Assembly (NCBI GenBank): GCA_040954595.2
Contig: CM082596.2
Coordinates: 10,188,461-10,252,460, forward strand
From: Balanoglossus misakiensis
Lineage: Eukaryota; Animalia; Hemichordata
Direction: 5' to 3'
DNA length: 64,000 nt
Part shown: positions 1 to 13,730 of the stretch, piece by piece
Layout: each line of letters starts with the position of its first letter
Position numbering within the stretch: the first letter of the stretch is position 1
Translations under genes and position numbers: made by a program
Notes under the pieces: model-generated
The model's input: the letters and a program-made list of their open reading frames with translations, nothing else
Databases searched by the model: none
What the model was told of the DNA's origin: nothing

Positions 1-1657
1 CGAAATTTTTAGATTTTGCAAAGTCGAGAATTTGTCATTTTTTGATGATTTTCACCCATGATTTTTTTCAAAAATCGACGAAATTTTGAGATTTTGCAAA
101 GTCGAAAATTTGTCATTTTTTGATGATTTTCACCCATGATTTTTTTCAAAAATCGACGAAATTTTTAGATTTTGCAAAGTCGAAAATTTGTAATTTTTTG
201 ATGATTTTTACCCATGATTTTTTTTTTCAAAAATCGACGAAATTTTGAGATTTTGCAAAGACGAAAATTTGTTATTTTTTGATGATTTTCACCCATGACT
301 TTTTTCAAAAATTTACGAAATTTTGAGATTTTGCAAAGTCGAAAATTTGTCATTTTTTGATGATTTTCACCCATGTTTTTTTTTTCAAAAATCGACGAAA
401 TTTTGAGATTTTGCAAATTCGAAAATTTGTAATTTTTTGATGATTTTCACCCATGTTTTTTTTCAAAAATCAACGAACCCATGATTTTTTTTTCAAAAAT
501 GTACGAAATTTTGAGATTTTGCAAAGTCGAAAATTTGTCATTTTTTGATGATTTTCACCCATGATTTTTTTTCAAAAATCGACGAAATTTTGAGATTTTG
601 CAAAGTCGAAAATTTGTAATTTTTTGATGATTTTCACCCATGTTTTTTTTCAAAATTGAACGAACCCATGATTTTTTTCAAAAATCGACGAAATTTTGAG
701 ATTTTGCAAAGACGAAAATTTGTAATTTTTTGATGATTTTCACCCATGACTTTTTTTCAAAAATTTACGAAATTTTGAGATTTTGCAAAGTCGAAAATTT
801 GTCATTTTTTGATGATTTTCACCCATGATTTTTCTCAAAAATCGACGAAATTTTGAGATTTTGGAAAGTCGAAAATTTGTCATTTTTTGATGATTTTCAC
901 CCATGATTTTTTTTCAAAAATTGACGAAATTTTGAGATTTTGCAAAGTCGAAAATTTGTCATTTATTAATGATTTTCACCGATGATTTTTTTTTCAAAAA
1001 TAGACAAAATTTTGAGATTTTGCAAAGTCGAAAATTTGTAATTTTTTGATGATTTTCACCCATGTTTTTTTCAAAATTGAACGAACCCATGATTTTTTTC
1101 AAAAATCGACGAAATTTTTAGATTTTGCAAAGTCGAGAATTTGTCATTTTTTGATGATTTTCACCCATGATTTTTTTCAAAAATCGACGAAATTTTGAGA
1201 TTTTGCAAAGTCGAAAATTTGTCATTTTTTGATGATTTTCACCCATGATTTTTTTCAAAAATCGACGAAATTTTTAGATTTTGCAAAGTCGAAAATTTGT
1301 AATTTTTTGATGATTTTTACCCATGATTTTTTTTTTCAAAAATCGACGAAATTTTGAGATTTTGCAAAGACGAAAATTTGTAATTTTTTGATGATTTTCA
1401 CCCATGACTTTTTTCAAAAATTTACGAAATTTTGAGATTTTGCAAAGTCGAAAATTTGTCATTTTTTGATGATTTTCACCCATGTTTTTTTTTTCAAAAA
1501 TCGACGAAATTTTGAGATTTTGCAAATTCGAAAATTTGTAATTTTTTGATGATTTTCACCCATGTTTTTTTTCAAAAATCAACGAACCCATGATTTTTTT
1601 TTCAAAAATGTACGAAATTTTGAGATTTTGCAAAGTCGAAAATTTGTCATTTTTTGA
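1..1657. repeat. Local higher-order duplication, offset 1109 bp (1..~548 recurs at 1110..~1657)
   Basis: Rare variant AAGTCGAGAAT at ~21 and ~1130; identical ORF translations at 165 and 1274. Confidence 0.85.
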
Positions 1658-4249
1658 TAATTCCACCCATGATTTTTTTCAAAAATCGACAAAATTTTGA
1701 GATTTTGCAAAGACGAAAATTTGTCATTTTTTGATGATTTTCACCCATGATTTTTTTCAAAAGTCGACGAAATTTTGAGATTTTGCAAAGACAAAAATTT
1801 TTCATTTTTTGATGATTTTCACCCGTGATTTTTTTCAAAAATCGACAAAATTTTGAGATTTTGCAAAGTCGAAAATTTGACATTTTTTGATGATTTTCAC
1901 CCATGTTTTTTTTCAAAAATCAACGACCCATGATTTTTTTTCAAAAATCGACGAAATTTAGAGATTTTGCAAAGTCGAAAATTTGTCATTTTTTGATGAT
2001 TTTCACCAATGTTTTTTTTTAAAAATCAACGAACCCATGATTTTTTTCAAAAATTGACAACATTTTGAGATTTTGCAAAGTCGAAAATTTGTCATTTTTT
2101 GATGATTTTCTACCATGATTTTTTTCAAAAATCGACGAAATTTAGAGATTTTGCAAAGTCGAAAATTTGTCATTTTTTGATGATTTTCACCCATGATTTT
2201 TTTTTCAAAAACCGACAAAATTTTGAGATTTTGCAAAGTCGAAAATTTGTCATTTTTTGATTATTTTCACCCATGATTTTTTTCAAAAATCGACAAAATT
2301 TTTAGATTTTGCAAAGTCGAAAATTTGTCATTTTTTGATGATTTTCACCATGATTTTTTTTTAAAAAATCGACGAAATTTTGAGATTTTGCAAAGTCGAA
2401 AATTTGTCATTTTTTGATGATTTTCACCCATGATTTTTTTCAAAAATCGACGAAATTTGAGATTTTGCAAAGTCGAAAATTTGTCATTTTTTGATGATTT
2501 TCACCCATGTTTTTTTTCAAAAATCAACGAACCCATGATTTTTTTTTCAAAAATCGACTAAATTTTGGAATTTTGCAAAGACGAAAATTTGTCATTTTTT
2601 GATGATTTTCACCCATGATTTTTCTCAAAAATCGACGAAATTTTGAGATTTTGCAAAGTCGAAAATTTGTCATTTTTTGATGATTTTCACCCATGATTTT
2701 TTTTTCAAAAACCGACAAAATTTTGAGATTTTGCAAAGTCGAAAGTTTGTCATTTTTTGATTATTTTCACCCATGATTTTATTCAAAAATCGACAAAATT
2801 TTTAGATTTTGCAAAGTCGAAAATTTGTCATTTTTTGATGATTTTCACCCATGATTTTTTTCAAAAATCGACGAAATTTGAGATTTTGCAAATTCGAAAA
2901 TTTGTAATTTTTTGTTGATTTTCACCCTTTTTTTTCAAAAATCAACGAACCCATGATTTTTTTTCAAAAATCGACAAAATTTTGAGATTTTGCAAAGCCG
3001 AAAATTTGTCATTTTTTGATGATTTTCACCCATGATTTTTCTCAAAAATCGACGAAATTTTGAGATTTTGCAAAGTCGAAAATTTTTCATTTTTTGATGA
3101 TTTTCACCCATGATTTTTTTCAAAAATCTACGAAATTTTGAGATTTTGCAAAGACGAAAATTTGTCATTTTTTGATGATTTTCACCCATGATTTTTTTCA
3201 AAAATCTGCGAAATTTTGAGATTTTGCAAAGTCGAAAATTTGTCATTTATTAATGATTTTCACCCATGATTTTTTTCAAAAATCGACGAAATTTGAGATT
3301 TTGCAAATTCGAAAATTTGTAATTTTTTGATGATTTTCACCCTTTTTTTCAAAAGCCGAAAATTTGTCATTTTTTGATGATTTTCACCCATGATTTTTCT
3401 CAAAAATCGACGAAATTTTGAGATTTTGCAAAGTCGAAAATTTGTCATTTTTTGATGATTTTCACCCATGATTTTTTTCAAAAATCTACGAAATTTTGAG
3501 ATTTTGCAAAGTCGAAAATTTGTCATTTTTTGATGATTTTCACCCATGATTTTTTTCAAAAATCTGCGAAATTTTGAGATTTTGCAAAGTCGAAAATTTG
3601 TCATTTATTAATGATTTTCACCCATGATTTTTTTTCAAAAATCGACAAAATTTTGAGATTTTGCAAAGTCGAAAATTTGTAATTTTTTGATGATTTTCAC
3701 CCATGTTTTTTTTCAAAAATCAACGAACCCATGATTTTTTTCAAAAATCGACAACATTTTGAGATTTTGCAAAGTCGAAAATTTGTCATTTTTTGATGAT
3801 TTTCACCCATGATTTTTCTCAAAAATCGACGAAATTTTGAGATTTTGCAAAGTCGAAAATTTTTCATTTTTTGATGATTTTCAGCCATGATTCTTTTCAA
3901 AAATCTACGAAATGTTGAGATTTTGCAAAGTCGAAAATTTGTCATTTTTTGATGATTTTTTGATGATTTTCATCCATGATTTTTTTTCAAAAATCTGCGA
4001 AATTTTGAGATTTTGCAAAGTCGAAAATTTGTCATTTTTTGATGATTTTCACCCATGATTTTTTTTCAAAAAATCGACGAAATTTTGAGATTTTGCAAAG
4101 TCGAAAATTTTTCATTTTTTGATTATTTTCACCCATGATTTTTTTTTTCAAAAAATCGACACAATTTTGAGATTTTGCAAAGTCGAAAATTTGTAATTTT
4201 TTGATGATTTTCACCCATGTTTTTTTTCAAAATTGAACGAACCCATGAT

Positions 4250-6600
4250 TTTTTTCAAAAATCGACGAAATTTTGAGATTTTGCAAAGTCGAAAATTTGT
4301 CATTTTTTGATGATTTTCACCCATGATTTTTTTCAAAAATCGACAAAATTTTTAGATTTTGCAAAGTCGAAAATTTGTCATTTTTTGATTATTTTCACCC
4401 ATGATTTTTTTCAAAAATCGACAAAATTTTTAGATTTTGCAAAGTCGAAAATTTGTCATTTTTTGATGATTTTCACCATGATTTTTTTTTAAAAATCGAC
4501 GAAATTTTGAGATTTTGCAAAGACGAAAATTTGTCATTTTTTGATGATTTTCACCCATGTTTTTTTTCAAAAATCAACGAACCCATGATTTTTTTTCAAA
4601 AAAGGACAAAATTTTGAGATTTTGCAAAGTCGAAAATTTGTCATTTTTTGATGATTTTCACCCATGATTTTTCTCAAAAATCGACGAAATTTTGAGATTT
4701 TGCAAAGTCGAAAATTTGTCATTTTTTGATTATTTTCATCCATGATTTTTTTCAAAAATCGACGAAATTTTTAGATTTTGCAAAGTCGAAAATTTGTCAT
4801 TTTTTGATGATTTTCACCATGATTTTTTTTTTAAAAATCGACGAAATTTTGAGATTTTGCAAAGACGAAAATTTGTCATTTTTTGATGATTTTCACCCAT
4901 GATTTTTTTTCAAAAATGTACGAAATTTTGAGATTTTGCAAAGACAAAATTTTTTCATTTTTTGATGATTTTCACCCGTGATTTTTTTTCAAAAATAGAC
5001 AAAATTTTGAGATTTTGCAAAGTCGAAAATTTGACATTTTTTGATGATTTTCACCCATGTTTTTTTCAAAAATCAACGAACCCATGATTTTTTTTCAAAA
5101 ATCGACGAAATTTAGAGATTTTGCAAAGTCGAAAATTTGTCATTTCTTAATGATTTTCACCCGTTTTTTTTTCAAAAATCGACAAAATTTTGAGATTTTG
5201 CAAAGACGAAAATTTGTCATTTTTTGATGATTTTCACCCATGATTTTTTTCAAAAATCTACGATATTTTGAGATTTTGCAAAGCCGAAAATTTGTCATTT
5301 TTTGATGATTTTCACCCATGATTTTTTTCAAAAATCTGCGAAATTTTGAGATTTTGCAAAGTCCAAAATTTGTCATATATTAATGATTTTCACCCATGAT
5401 TTTTTTCAAAAATCGACGAAATTTGAGATTTTGCAAATTCGAAAATTCATGATTTTTTTCAAAAATCGACGAAATTTTGAGATTTTGCAAAGTCGAAAAT
5501 TTGTCATTTTTTGATGATTTTCACCCATGATTTTTTTCAAAAATCGACGAAATTTGAGATTTTGCAAAGTCAAAAATTTGTCATTTTTTGATGATTTTCA
5601 CCCATGATTTTTTTCAAAAATCGACGAAATTTTGAGATTTTGCAAAGTCGAAAATGTGTCATTTTTTGATGATTTTCACCCATGATTTTTTTCAAAAATC
5701 GACGAAATTTGAGATTTTGCAAAGTCGAAAATTTGTCATTTTTTGATGATTTTTACCCATGATTTTTTTTTCAAAAATCGACCAAATTTTGAGATTTTGC
5801 AAAGCCGAAAATTTGTCATTTTTTGATGATTTTCACCCATGATTTTTCTCAAAAATCGACGAAATTTTGAGATTTTGCAAAGTCGAAAATTTTTCATTTT
5901 TTGATGATTTTCACCCATGATTTTTCTCAAAAATTGACGAAATTTTGAGATTTTGCAAAGTCGAAAATTTGTCATTTTTTGATGATTTTCACCCATGTTT
6001 TTTTCAAAATTGAACGAACCCATGATTTTTTTCAAAAATCGACAAAATTTTGAGATTTTGCAAAGACGAAAATTTGTCATTTTTTGATGATTTTCACCCA
6101 TGATTTTTTTCAAAAGTCGACGAAATTTTGAGATTTTGCAAAGTCGAAAATTTGTCATTTTTTGATGATTTTCACCCATGATTTTTTTCAAAAATCTACG
6201 AAATTTTGAGATTTTGCAAAGTCGAAAATTTGTCATTTTTTGATGATTTTCACCCATGATTTTTTTCAAAAATCGGCGAAATTTTGAGATTTTGCAAAGT
6301 CGAAAATTTGTCATTTATTAATGATTTTCACCCATGATTTTTTTCAAAAATCGACGAAATTTGAGATTTTGCAAATTCGAAAATTTGTAATTTTTTAATG
6401 ATTTTCACCCTTTTTTTTCAAAAATCAACGAACCCATGATTTTTTTTAAAAATCGACAAAATTTTGAGATTTTGCAAAGCCGAAAATTTGTCATTTTTTG
6501 ATGATTTTCACCCATGATTTTTTTCAAAAATCGACGAAATTTTGAGATTTTGCAAAGTCGAAAATTTGTCATTTTTTGATGATTTTCACCCATGATTTTT
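4250..6600. repeat. ~2.3-kb block with a near-identical copy ~50.3-50.5 kb away (~54550-57110)
   Basis: ORF pairs 4307/54607, 4567/54867 and 5736/56243 (identical 192-aa translation). Rare variants GTCCAAAATTTGTCATATATTAA (5361/55740) and TATTTTCATCCATG (4731/55031). Confidence 0.88.
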
Positions 6601-9600
6601 TTTTCAAAAACCGACAAAATTTTGAGATTATGCAAAGTCGAAAATTTGTCATTTTTTGATTATTTTCACCCATGATTTTTTTCAAAAATCGACAAAATTT
6701 TGAGATTTTGCAAAGTCGAAAATTTGTCATTTTTTGATGATTTTCACCCATGATTTTTTTCAAAAATCGACGAAATTTTGAGATTTTGCAAAAATCGACA
6801 ACATTTTGAGATTTTGCAAAGTCGAAAATTTGTCATTTTTTGATGATTTTCACCCATGATTTTTCTCAAAAATCGACGAAATTTTGAGATTTTGCAAAGT
6901 CGAAAATTTTTCATTTTTTGATGATTTTCAGCCATGATTCTTTTCAAAAATCTACGAAATGTTGAGATTTTGCAAAGTCGAAAATTTGTCATTTTTTGAT
7001 GATTTTCACCATTATTTTTTTCAAAAATCGACAAACTTTTTAGATTTTGCAAAGTCGAAAATTTGTCATTTTTTGATGATTTTCACCCATGATTTTTCTC
7101 AAAAATCGACGAAATTTTGAGATTTTTCAAAGTCGAAAATTTGTCATTTTTTGATGATTTTCACCCCATGATTTTTTTCAAAAATCGACGAAATTTGAGA
7201 TTTTGCAAATTCGAAAATTTGTAATTTTTTGTTGATTTTCACCCTTTTTTTTCAAAAATCAACGAACCCATGATTTTTTTTCAAAAATCGACAAAATTTA
7301 GAGATTTTGCAAAGTCGAAAATTTGTCATTTTTTGATGATTTTCAACCATGATTTCTTTTTTCAAAAACCGACAAAATTTTGAGATTTTGCAAAGTCGAA
7401 AATTTGTCATTTTTTGATTATTTTCACCCATGATTTTTTTCAAAAATCGACAAAATTTTTAGATTTTGCAAAGTCGAAAATTTGTCATTTTTTGATGATT
7501 TTCACCATGATTTTTTTTTAAAAATCGACGAAATTTTGAGATTTTGCAAAGACGAAAATTTGTCATTTTTTGATGATTTTCACCAATTTTTTTTTTTAAA
7601 AATCAACGAAACCATGATTTTTTTCAAAAATTGACAACATTTTGAGATTTTGCAAAGTCGAAAATTTGTCATTTTTTGATGATTTTCACCCATGATTTTT
7701 TTCAAAAATCGACGAAATTTTGAGATTTTGCAAAGACGAAAATTTGTCATTTTTTGATGATTTTCACCCGTGATTTTTTTCAAAAATCGACAAAAGTTTG
7801 AGATTTTGTAAAGTCGAAAATTTGTAATTTTTTGATGATTTTCACCCGTTTTATTTCAAAAATCAACGAACCCATGATTTTTTTCAAAAATCGACGAAAT
7901 TTTGGGATTTTGCAAAGACGAAAATTTGTCATTTTTTGATGATTTTCACCCATGATTTTTCTCAAAAATCGACGAAATTTTGAGATTTTGGAAAGTCGAA
8001 AATTTGTCATTTTTTGATGATTTTCACCCATGATTTTTTTTCAAAAATTGACGTAATTTTGAGATTTTGCAAAGTCGAAAATTTGTCATTTATTAATGAT
8101 TTTCACCCATGATTTTTTTTTCAAAAGTAGACAAAATTTTGAGATTTTGCAAAGTCGAAAATTTGTAATTTTTTGATGATTTTCACCCATGTTTTTTTCA
8201 AAATTGAACGAACCCATGATTTTTTTCAAAAATCGACGAAATTTTGAGATTTTGCAAAGTCGAAAATTTGTCATTTTTTGATGATTTTCACCCAAGACTT
8301 TTTTTCAAAAATTTACGAAATTTTGAGATTTTGCAAAGTCGAAAATTTGTCATTTTTTGATGATTTTCACCCATGTTTTTTTTTTCAAAAATCGACGAAA
8401 TTTTGAGATTTTGCAAATTCGAAAATTTGTAATTTTTTGATGATTTTCACCCATGTTTTTTTTCAAAAATCGACAAAATTTTTAGATTTTGCAAAGTCGA
8501 AAATTTGTCATTTTTTGATGATTTTCACCCATGATTTTTTTCAAAAATCGACCAAATTTTTAGATTTTGCAAAGTCGAAAATTTGTCATTTTTTGATGAT
8601 TTTCACCCATGATTTTTTTCAAAAATCGACAAAATTTTTAGATTTTGCAAAGTCGAAAATTTGTCATTTTTTGATGATTTTCACCCATGATTTTTTTCAA
8701 AAATCGACCAAATTTTTAGATTTTGCAAAGTCGAAAATTTGTCATTTTTTGATGATTTTCACCATGATTTTTTTTTAAAAATCGACGAAATTTTGAGATT
8801 TTGCAAAGACGAAAATTTGTCATTTTTTGATGATTTTCACCCATGTTTTTTTTCAAAAATCAACGAACCCATGATTTTTTTTCAAAAAAGGACAAAATTT
8901 TGAGATTTTGCAAAGTCGAAAATTTGTCATTTTTTGATGATTTTCACCCATGATTTTTCTCAAAAATCGACGAAATTTTGAGATTTTGGAAAGTCGAAAA
9001 TTTTTCATTTTTTGATGATTTTCACCCATGATTTTTTTTCAAAAATTGACGAAATTTTGAGATTTTGCAAAGTCGAAAATTTGTCATTTATTAATGATTT
9101 TCACCCATGATTTTTTTTTCAAAAATAGACAAAATTTTGAGATTTTGCAAAGTCGAAAATTTGTAATTTTTTGATGATTTTCACCCATGTTTTTTTCAAA
9201 ATTGAACGAACCCATGATTTTTTTCAAAAATCGACGAAATTTTTAGATTTTGCAAAGTCGAAAATTTGTCATTTTTTGATGATTTTCACCCAAGACTTTT
9301 TTTCAAAAATTTACGAAATTTTTTAGATTTTGCAAAGTCGAAAATTTGTCATTTTTTGATGATTTTCACCCATGTTTTTTTTTTCAAAAATCGACGAAAT
9401 TTTGAGATTTTGCAAATTCGAAAATTTGTAATTTTTTGATGATTTTCACCCGTTTTTTTTCAAAAATCAACGAACCCATGATTTTTTTTCAAAAGAGGAC
9501 AACATTTTGAGATTTTGCAAAGTCGAAAATTTGTCATTTTTTGATGATTTTCACCCATGATTTTTTTCAAAAATCGACGAAATTTTGAGATTTTGCAAAG

Positions 9601-10399
9601 TCGAAAATTTGTCATTTTTTGATGATTTTCACCCATGATTTTTTTTCAAAAATCGACGAAATTTTGAGATTTTGCAAAGTCGAAAATTTGTCATTTATTA
9701 ATGATTTTCACCCATGATTTTTTTTCAAAAATCGACAAAATTTTGAGATTTTGCAAAGTCGAAAATTTGTAATTTTTTGATGATTTTCACCCATGTTTTT
9801 TTTCAAAATTGAACGAACCCATGATTTTTTTCAAAAATCGACGAAATTTTGAGATTTTGCAAAGTCGAAAATTTGTCATTTTTTGATGATTTTCACACAT
9901 GATTTTTTTCAAAAATCGACAAAATTTTTAGATTTTGCAAAGTCGAAAATTTGTCATTTTTTGATGATTTTCACCCATGATTTTTTTCAAAAATCGACAA
10001 AATTTTTAGATTTTGCAAAGTCGAAAATTTGTCATTTTTTGATGATTTTCACCATGATTTTTTTTTAAAAATCGACGAAATTTTGAGATTTTGCAAAGAC
10101 GAAAATTTGTCATTTTTTGATGATTTTCACCCATGTTTTTTTTCAAAAATCAACGAACCCATGATTTTTTTTCAAAAAAGGACAAAATTTTGAGATTTTG
10201 CAAAGTCGAAAATTTGTCATTTTTTGATGATTTTCACCATGATTTTTTTTTAAAAATCGACGAAATTTTGAGATTTTGCAAAGACGAAAATTTGTCATTT
10301 TTTGATGATTTTCACCCATGTTTTTTTTCAAAAATCAACGAACCCATGATTTTTTTTCAAAAAAGGACAAAATTTTGAGATTTTGCAAAGTCGAAAATT

Positions 10400-13300
10400 T
10401 GTCATTTTTTGATGATTTTCACCCATGATTTTTCTCAAAAATCGACGAAATTTTGAGATTTTGGAAAGTCGAAAATTTTTCATTTTTTGATGATTTTCAC
10501 CCATGATTTTTTTTCAAAAATTGACGAAATTTTGAGATTTTGCAAAGTCGAAAATTTGTCATTTATTAATGATTTTCACCCATGATTTTTTTTTCAAAAA
10601 TAGACAAAATTTTGAGATTTTGCAAAGTCGAAAATTTGTAATTTTTTGATGATTTTCACCCATGTTTTTTTCAAAATTGAACGAACCCATGATTTTTTTC
10701 AAAAATCGACGAAATTTTTAGATTTTGCAAAGTCGAAAATTTGTCATTTTTTGATGATTTTCACCCAAGACTTTTTTTCAAAAATTTACGAAATTTTGAG
10801 ATTTTGCAAAGTCGAAAATTTGTCATTTTTTGATGATTTTCACCCATGTTTTTTTTTTTCAAAAATCGACGAAATTTTGAGATTTTGCAAATTCGAAAAT
10901 TTGTAATTTTTTGATGATTTTCACCCATGTTTTTTTTCAAAAATCAACGAACCCATGATTTTTTTTCAAAAGAGGACAAAATTTTGAGATTTTGCAAAGA
11001 CAAAATTTTTTCATTTTTTGATGATTTTCACCCGTGATTTTTTTCAAAAATAGACAAAATTTTGAGATTTTGCAAAGTCGAAAATTTGTAATTTTTTGAT
11101 GATTTTCACCCATGTTTTTTTTCAAAAATCAACGAACCCATGATTTTTTTTCAAAAGAGGACAAAATTTTGAGATTTTGCAAATTCGAAAATTTGTCATT
11201 TTTTGATGATTTTCACCCATGATTTTTTTCAAAAATCGACGAAATTTTGAGATTTTGCAAAGTCGAAAATTTGTCATTTTTTGATGATTTTCACCCATGA
11301 TTTTTTTTTCAAAAATCGACGAAATTTTGAGATTTTGCAAAGTCGAAAATTTGTCATTTATTAATGATTTTCACCCATGATTTTTTTTTCAAAAATCGAC
11401 AAAATTTTGAGATTTTGCAAAGTCGAAAATTTGTAATTTTTTGATGATTTTCACCCATGTTTTTTTTCAAAATTGAACGAACCCATGATTTTTTTCAAAA
11501 ATCGACGAAATTTTGAGATTTTGCAAAGTCGAAAATTTGTCATTTTTTGATGATTTTCACCCATGATTTTTTTCAAAAATCGACAAAATTTTTAGATTTT
11601 GCAAAGTCGAAAATTTGTCATTTTTTGATTATTTTCACCCATGATTTTTTTCAAAAATCGACAAAATTTTTAGATTTTGCAAAGTCGAAAATTTGTCATT
11701 TTTTGATGATTTTCACCATGATTTTTTTTTTAAAAATCGACGAAATTTTGAGATTTTGCAAAGACGAAAATTTGTCATTTTTTGATGATTTTCACCCATG
11801 TTTTTTTTCAAAAATCAACGAACCCATGATTTTTTTTCAAAAAAGGACAAAATTTTGAGATATTGCAAAGTCGAAAATTTGTCATTTATTAATGATTTTC
11901 ACCCATGATTTTTTTTCAAAAATCGACAAAATTTTGAGATTTTGCAAAGTTGGAAATTTGTAATTTTTTGATGATTTTCACCCATGTTTTTTTTCAAAAT
12001 TGAACGAACCCATGATTTTTTTCAAAAATCGACGAAATTTTGAGATTTTGCAAAGTCGAAAATTTGTCATTTTTTGATGATTTTCACCCATGATTTTTCT
12101 CAAAAATCGACGAAATTTTGAGATTTTGGAAAGTCGAAAATTTTTCATTTTTTGATGATTTTCACCCATGATTTTTTTTCAAAAATTGACGAAATTTTGA
12201 GATTTTGCAAAGTCGAAAATTTGTCATTTATTAATGATTTTCACCCATGATTTTTTTTTCAAAAATAGACAAAATTTTGAGATTTTGCAAAGTCGAAAAT
12301 TTGTAATTTTTTGATGATTTTCACCCATGTTTTTTTCAAAATTGAACGAACCCATGATTTTTTTCAAAAATCGACGAAATTTTTAGATTTTGCAAAGTCG
12401 AAAATTTGTCATTTTTTGATGATTTTCACCCAAGACTTTTTTTCAAAAATTTACGAAATTTTGAGATTTTGCAAAGTCGAAAATTTGTCATTTTTTGATG
12501 ATTTTCACCCATGTTTTTTTTTTTCAAAAATCGACGAAATTTTGAGATTTTGCAAATTCGAAAATTTGTAATTTTTTGATGATTTTCACCCATGTTTTTT
12601 TTCAAAAATCAACGAACCCATGATTTTTTTTCAAAAGAGGACAAAATTTTGAGATTTTGCAAAGACAAAATTTTTTCATTTTTTGATGATTTTCACCCGT
12701 GATTTTTTTCAAAAATAGACAAAATTTTGAGATTTTGCAAAGTCGAAAATTTGTAATTTTTTGATGATTTTCACCCATGTTTTTTTTCAAAAATCAACGA
12801 ACCCATGATTTTTTTTCAAAAGAGGACAACATTTTGAGATTTTGCAAATTCGAAAATTTGTCATTTTTTGATGATTTTCACCCATGATTTTTTTCAAAAA
12901 TCGACGAAATTTTGAGATTTTGCAAAGTCGAAAATTTGTCATTTTTTGATGATTTTCACCCATGATTTTTTTTTCAAAAATCGACGAAATTTTGAGATTT
13001 TGCAAAGTCGAAAATTTGTCATTTATTAATGATTTTCACCCATGATTTTTTTTTCAAAAATCGACAAAATTTTGAGATTTTGCAAAGTCGAAAATTTGTA
13101 ATTTTTTGATGATTTTCACCCATGTTTTTTTTCAAAATTGAACGAACCCATGATTTTTTTCAAAAATCGACGAAATTTTGAGATTTTGCAAAGTCGAAAA
13201 TTTGTCATTTTTTGATGATTTTCACCCATGATTTTTTTCAAAAATCGACAAAATTTTTAGATTTTGCAAAGTCGAAAATTTGTCATTTTTTGATTATTTT

Positions 13301-13730
13301 CACCCATGATTTTTTTCAAAAATCGACAAAATTTTTAGATTTTGCAAAGTCGAAAATTTGTCATTTTTTGATGATTTTCACCATGATTTTTTTTTTAAAA
13401 ATCGACGAAATTTTGAGATTTTGCAAAGACGAAAATTTGTCATTTTTTGATGATTTTCACCCATGTTTTTTTTCAAAAATCAACGAACCCATGATTTTTT
13501 TTCAAAAAAGGACAAAATTTTGAGATATTGCAAAGTCGAAAATTTGTCATTTATTAATGATTTTCACCCATGATTTTTTTTCAAAAATCGACAAAATTTT
13601 GAGATTTTGCAAAGTTGGAAATTTGTAATTTTTTGATGATTTTCACCCATGTTTTTTTTCAAAATTGAACGAACCCATGATTTTTTTCAAAAATCGACGA
13701 AATTTTGAGATTTTGCAAAGTCGAAAATTT
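10400..13730. repeat. Tandem duplication of a ~1665-bp higher-order block
   Basis: ORF pairs 10646/12311, 10937/12602, 11122/12787 and 11547/13212 are all offset by 1665. Diagnostic GAGATATTGC (~11857/~13522) and AAGTTGGAAA (~11947/~13612). Confidence 0.9.

Noticed and set aside
3945-3975. 11-bp duplication TTTTTTGATGA
   Set aside because: An isolated slippage event with no further significance.
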